The notes beneath the pieces are model-generated. The model saw only the letters and a program-made list of their open reading frames with translations. It did not search any database and was not told where the DNA came from. A program made the translations under genes and the position numbers. A stretch of 64,000 bases of DNA. It comes from Octopus vulgaris (taxonomy: Eukaryota). The stretch covers positions 3,162,001-3,226,000 of the forward strand of contig OX597822.1 of the NCBI GenBank assembly GCA_951406725.2, read 5' to 3'. Positions 56,235 to 64,000 of this stretch are shown here, in pieces; the first letter of the stretch is position 1, and every line of letters begins with the position of its first letter.

Positions 56235-56375
56235 TTTCTACTATTGGCACGAGGCCAGACATTTTGACGAGAGTGGGTTAGCGGATTACATGAACAGCTG
56301 AGTACACGACGGGTACCTATTTTATCGACCGCGAGGAAGATGAAAGGTAAAGTCGACCTCTGTTCAAGTTGAACT
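56235..56375 (-). mobile_element. Decayed SINE family 1 fragment
   Basis: ttttatcgaccgcgaggaagatgaaaggtaaagtcgacctc. Confidence 0.7.
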
Positions 56376-56499
56376 AATTACGTTATAAATATGCATTCTT
56401 TCTCTTATTCTTTTGATGGTCACAGCGTAGGACCACGGCCATGCTAGAGCACTGCTTTAATTAATTTTCTTTTAGTTTTGTTTTCGTTTTGTAGCTGGA

Positions 56500-59160
<2,661 letters not shown>

Positions 59161-59706
59161 ATGCTATCCATGGTTTATATAAATCCGTGCTGAGGAAAGA
59201 TTCAAATCTTTCAAATTCATTAATTACACTTTTTAATTTTGGGCAAAGCAAATTTCACTCAGCTTCATTTCATTTTCCCACATTTTCCCAAAGTCCACTT
59301 TACCTTTCCTTGTGCCTGTGTGCCTGTATGTGTGTGTGTGTGGAGTGTTTGGTACTTTGTGTAATCTAAAACAAACGTACACCCGCGCAGACGTGCATAC
59401 ACAAATGCACGTGCCTACGCAAGCTTCTCTCTGTCTCCTTTCCTCTCTCTCTTTCTCCCTCCCCCTCTCTCTCTCTCTCTCTCTGTCATCCACTTCTCTG
59501 TTTATTTATATTTGCTCTGTAAATACAACATATTTAAATGGATCTTGTGAAAATTTAGATAGCAAATAATTATTTGTTATTCACTTGAGATTTTTCAGCA
59601 GTATTTAACTGCAGTTATTCATAACCGTTATACGAAAGCGCTCACGCAATATGCTATAACAATCAGCAAGAAGGCTTAATCCAGGTCGCATGCAATATGT
59701 AAGGTA

Positions 59707-59784
<78 letters not shown>

Positions 59785-60044
59785 ATATATATATATCTAT
59801 CTATCTATCTATCTATCTGTCTGTCTGTCTGTTTGTCTGTCTGCCTGTCTATCTGTCGGTTAGACTATCTGTCTGTATATTTAGCTACCTATCTGCTTTT
59901 ATATCTACTTCTATATCCGTAAACATTTTACATATCCTTAAATTTTTATATCCATAAAACCATTACAGAAAATTGAACCTACTTATATACTGTGTTATCC
60001 TTTTTCCTATCTCTCTCTCTCTCCCTATATATATACATATATAT

Positions 60045-60080
60045 CAGTACCGGTTTCAGTTATTGAGACTTTTTCAACTG
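60045..60080 (-). ncRNA. Minimal type I hammerhead with U3-A8 core
   Basis: cag-TTGAAAA-agt ctcaata act-GAAA-ccgg-TA-ctg, abutting (TA)n. Confidence 0.65.
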
Positions 60081-60934
60081 TAAATATGGAAAACAATTAA
60101 GTTTGGGAAGAATGAAAATAAAAGTTTTTAAAAGAATATTTGCATAGTATTCTAATACAAGGGGCACTTTCCTTGTTTCTGCCTGTCTCTGTCTCTCTTG
60201 TTTACTCTTGTGGGTTCGAGGTCGTTGTGAATTCTTGGCAGGGAAGAAGAAGAAGAAGAAGAAGAAGAAGAAGAAGAAGAAGAAGAGAAAGAAGGAGGAG
60301 AAGAAGAAGGATGCGGGAGTGCCATGATAGTAGTAGGATGTTAAATGCGGGAGTGCCCTGAACGTGACTTGTTGTTGTAGTGGTTGAATTCTTGAGACAT
60401 CTCCTTTGAATGTATTGTTTATAAAATTTGCTTAGGTGTTATTCTAAAGAGCAATAGTGGTAAAGTTAGGAAGGAGGTGGTGGTGGAGAGGAACAAGACG
60501 AAGAAGAAGGAGAAATAGGAGGGAGAATAAGAAAGGAATGAAGGTGGTATGATAGTAGTAGGATGTTAAATGGTAAAGTGACATTAAAGTGGTTCGTTGT
60601 GGATCATAGCAGTGATTGGGACCGTTTTTTAATGAATTCTTGGGAATCTCTTGAGTGTATCATTTTTAATATTTGTTTGTGTTATTCTAAGGCCGTGGTG
60701 GATATGTCGTTTGTTGTCGATACGTTCAAAAGGAGTCTGTATTTTGTAATAAAGAGAATATCTTTACTAATTCGTTGGGTACAGGTTATATCGTTCCTGA
60801 ATTAGAAGCCCGCGCCCTTAACCACTCGTAGTGAGTGAATTTTAGGGCTTATAAATCCATCCCATGCAGCTATAGCAGGTTATACAACCTCCTAATCAGA
60901 CCGAGTACAGATATGAGTAGCATATGGGAATAGG

Positions 60935-60935
<1 letters not shown>

Positions 60936-61011
<76 letters not shown>

Positions 61012-61127
61012 TAGTAATAGTAATACTACTACTACTACCACTACTACTACTACTCCTACTACTCCTACTACTCCTCCTCCTCCTCCTCCTCCTACTACTA
61101 CTACTACTTTTACTACTACCACTACTA

Positions 61128-61202
<75 letters not shown>
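60936..61202. repeat. (AAT)n/(ACT)n/(CCT)n microsatellite
   Basis: Directly visible. Confidence 0.95.
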
Positions 61203-61224
61203 GCAACGACAACAATAACATCGA

Positions 61225-61540
61225 AAAATACCTTAGGAGTGAGAACCCAGGTTCGTAATTTCCCCAAGATACCTGATGGAGGTTGGAGGGTATATCAGCC
61301 GAAACGTTGTTAACAACAAACAAGATGAGGACATTTCGTTTTTGGATTTGGTTTGCAAGATTCTTTATATGAGTTCGTGTGTTGAAGCATATTCAAGACT
61401 ATTGAAAAGGTTGCAAGACGCAACGAAAATTTGAGGAAAATAAGAAAAAAAGAAAGTGGAAATTTTACCGGTGAGTGTGTTAAATAATAAGGCACCAGAA
61501 GATGAGGACAAATATCCGTCAAATGTAAATAATGCACATA
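61225..61540 (+). mobile_element. Repeat with degenerate HHR-like motif, split by an insertion with 12-bp TSD
   Basis: CTGATGG-a-ggttg...cagcc-GAAA-cg-TT at ~61273-61308; aagatgaggaca duplicated at 61322-61333 and 61499-61510. Confidence 0.5.
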
Positions 61541-61716
61541 TATATTGTCATACATACATGCATACATACATATATGCATATATATATTTATATATATGCG
61601 TGTATGTATGTATGAATGTATGTATGACAATATGTATGTATCTTTATAAATGTAATGATCAATGAAATTCCAACATTTTCACGTTTTATTACAATTTCTA
61701 CAATCTTATAGTATTA

Positions 61717-62083
61717 CTAGCAGTATGACCCGGCAATTCCTGGTCATAATGCTAGTGCATGCATATGCAGCTGCGTGCGTTCGCACATACACGCAAGTAC
61801 TGTCCAAATCTCCGACCAATCACGTACAGCTAGCTGGCATTCAATTGGTGTAACAAGTTTCGGGCATTTTGATTGGGTTTTGGATAGAAATTTCACAAAA
61901 AGTAACTTCTATTGACTTTTTAATGGCTTTGCGGTGGGAGTGGGGAACGGTAAAGATATGCACGACCACCCTTGGACGGTTTTGAATGACCATAGAAAGG
62001 GCGATCCCTCTGACTGAAAAATTGTGGATTTGTATAAAGGACACACACACAGACAGACATTTTGGCGTTTATATATAGAGAGA
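61717..62083 (-). mobile_element. Non-autonomous Helitron
   Basis: TC start and CTAG end on the minus strand, A|T insertion; ends shared with 32670-33055. Confidence 0.7.
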
Positions 62084-62178
62084 TGATAATAGTATATTAA
62101 ATACCTATTGGGATAAAATTTGTACTTTCATGCGTTTAGTTTACGCATTCATCAGGTGTATGTAGTAGTAGTAGTGGT

Positions 62179-62260
<82 letters not shown>

Positions 62261-62540
62261 ACAGTCGTGTTCTATAATTAGCAATTGCAGTATAATCATG
62301 AGATTTGTATTTTAAATACCTTCTGATAGTCTCCAACAGGCTGAATGTTACGAACTGCAAAATCACCAATCATTATGTGGCTTAGGTGTCATGGTTCGGT
62401 GAACGCACCAACTAAATTTAAATTGCATTTCGAGCAGTCAGTATGTGGCTTACAAGTCACGGTTTAATGAGTGTGTCTACTTGGTTAGCATTTATCCCGC
62501 TCTTTTTAACGAAATATTTTGGCCAATTAGTATGTAGCTT

Positions 62541-62622
<82 letters not shown>

Positions 62623-62627
62623 GTCCG

Positions 62628-62800
62628 CTAGCCACTAAAGCATTTTTTGTTCTCTCTCTGTTAATTTTCGCATATTCCTTCTGTTGAAGAGCGTAGGCTC
62701 GAAACGTAAAAGTCTTTCTCACCTTCTCCACTGTTAAACTAATGCACCTGTTTGTTGTTTATACCCCTCTCTTCGTCTTTTGTTGTTTTGTAAATTCCGA
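62628..62800 (+). mobile_element. Short HHR-like repeat (gagcgtaggctc family)
   Basis: ctt-CTGTTGA-a-gagc gtag gctc-GAAA-cg-TA-aaag. Confidence 0.75.
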
Positions 62801-62973
62801 GTGCTGCCATGCTGGAGCACCGCCTTTAGTCGAGCAAGTCGACCCTAGGACTTTGGAAGCCTAGTACTTATACTATCCGTCTCTCTTGCTGAACCGCTAA
62901 ATTACGAGGACGTAAACACACCAGCATCGGTTGTCAAGCGATGTTGGGGGGACAAACACAGACACAAACATAT

Positions 62974-63004
<31 letters not shown>

Positions 63005-63175
63005 CATACATATATGCGACAGGCTTCTTTCAGTTTCCGTCTACCAAATCCACTCACAAGGCTTTGGTCGGCCCGAGGCTATAGTAGAAGACACTTGCCC
63101 AAGGTGCCACGCAGTGGGAATGAACCCGGAACCATGTGGTTGGTAAGCAAGCTACTTACCACCCAGCCACAGCTG
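62800..63175 (-). mobile_element. SINE family 2, full length with internal (TA)n(TG)n
   Basis: tRNA-like head, CORE-like gcaccttgggcaagtgtctt, internal microsatellite, conserved 3' half. Confidence 0.88.
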
Positions 63176-63179
63176 TATG

Positions 63180-63256
<77 letters not shown>

Positions 63257-64000
63257 CGCATTTTATTAACTGCCTCTTCAGCTTTTGTGGAGAGTTAGCA
63301 TCATCCCTGTGAATATTTCATGTCTTGACTTCTGTACGTGTAAAGTTTGATAGAAACGGTTGGTCTCAACACTGAATATCTTAAACATCGAAGCTGCTTG
63401 TATATTTGTTTCGGTTCTTGAAGTTCCCATTTTGAAATCTTGTTCCATCAATCCCCTTGAGAAATTTCTAGTTTCTGATAAAAAAAAAGTTTAACTCACA
63501 ACAGCGATAACACAACGATGAACAGAATTGCTATTCCTTAGTGCCTAGTTTAACAGTCGAGGAGGTGAGAAAGACGTTTACGTTTCAAGCCTACGCTCTT
63601 CAACAGAAAGGAATACGCAAAAATTAACAGAATTGTTATTCCTTAGTGCCTAGAACTGATATGATGATCAGTTTTTGATAATGCCATACAATTTAGACAA
63701 AGTTGCAGTCGAATATACCCACCTGATACTTATGTTTGGGACCTCGGAATTATAAAGGTAAAAATCGGCGTCACATGAATTTGAACTGAGAACATATTAG
63801 ACCATAATTAAATTCCAGAATGCATTCGTGGGTGAGGATTTGAGATACCATTATCCGTTGCATCTTTTGTGGACTGCGGGCATGTTTGAGCACCTCCTCG
63901 AACGATTTAACCGAACAAATCAACGCCTAGTCTTTATTTTTAAATTGAGGCACCTAATTCTATCGAACACACTTACCGAAGCGCTAGGTTAGGGAAACTT

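Noticed and set aside
63265-63475. Possible minus-strand exon after a strong tttttttttatcag acceptor
   Set aside because: No convincing donor or recognisable peptide; left unresolved

Overview
AT-rich, microsatellite-saturated eukaryotic DNA. The SINE families and (TA)n/(CATA)n/(TATC)n density suggest an octopus or other cephalopod genome; this is inference from sequence style. Almost all listed ORFs are translations of simple repeats. The window holds decayed transposons (Helitron helicase, CR1-like and RTE LINEs, mariner/Tc1, hAT, MITEs, several tRNA-derived SINE families) and possibly two exons of a minus-strand host gene. The main signal is a set of mutually unrelated 360-560 bp non-coding elements, each carrying a type I hammerhead ribozyme (HHR) fold, inserted in (TA)n tracts as partial tandem arrays and/or fold-backs. 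Most share a ~15-nt motif 80-125 nt after the cleavage site and an ACCCT just before the (TA)n junction. Some have non-canonical cores (compensatory U3-A8; extra A on each side of stem II). This fits a family of retrozyme-like, Penelope-mobilised, possibly circular-RNA retroelements. All structures were read by eye and none was tested.
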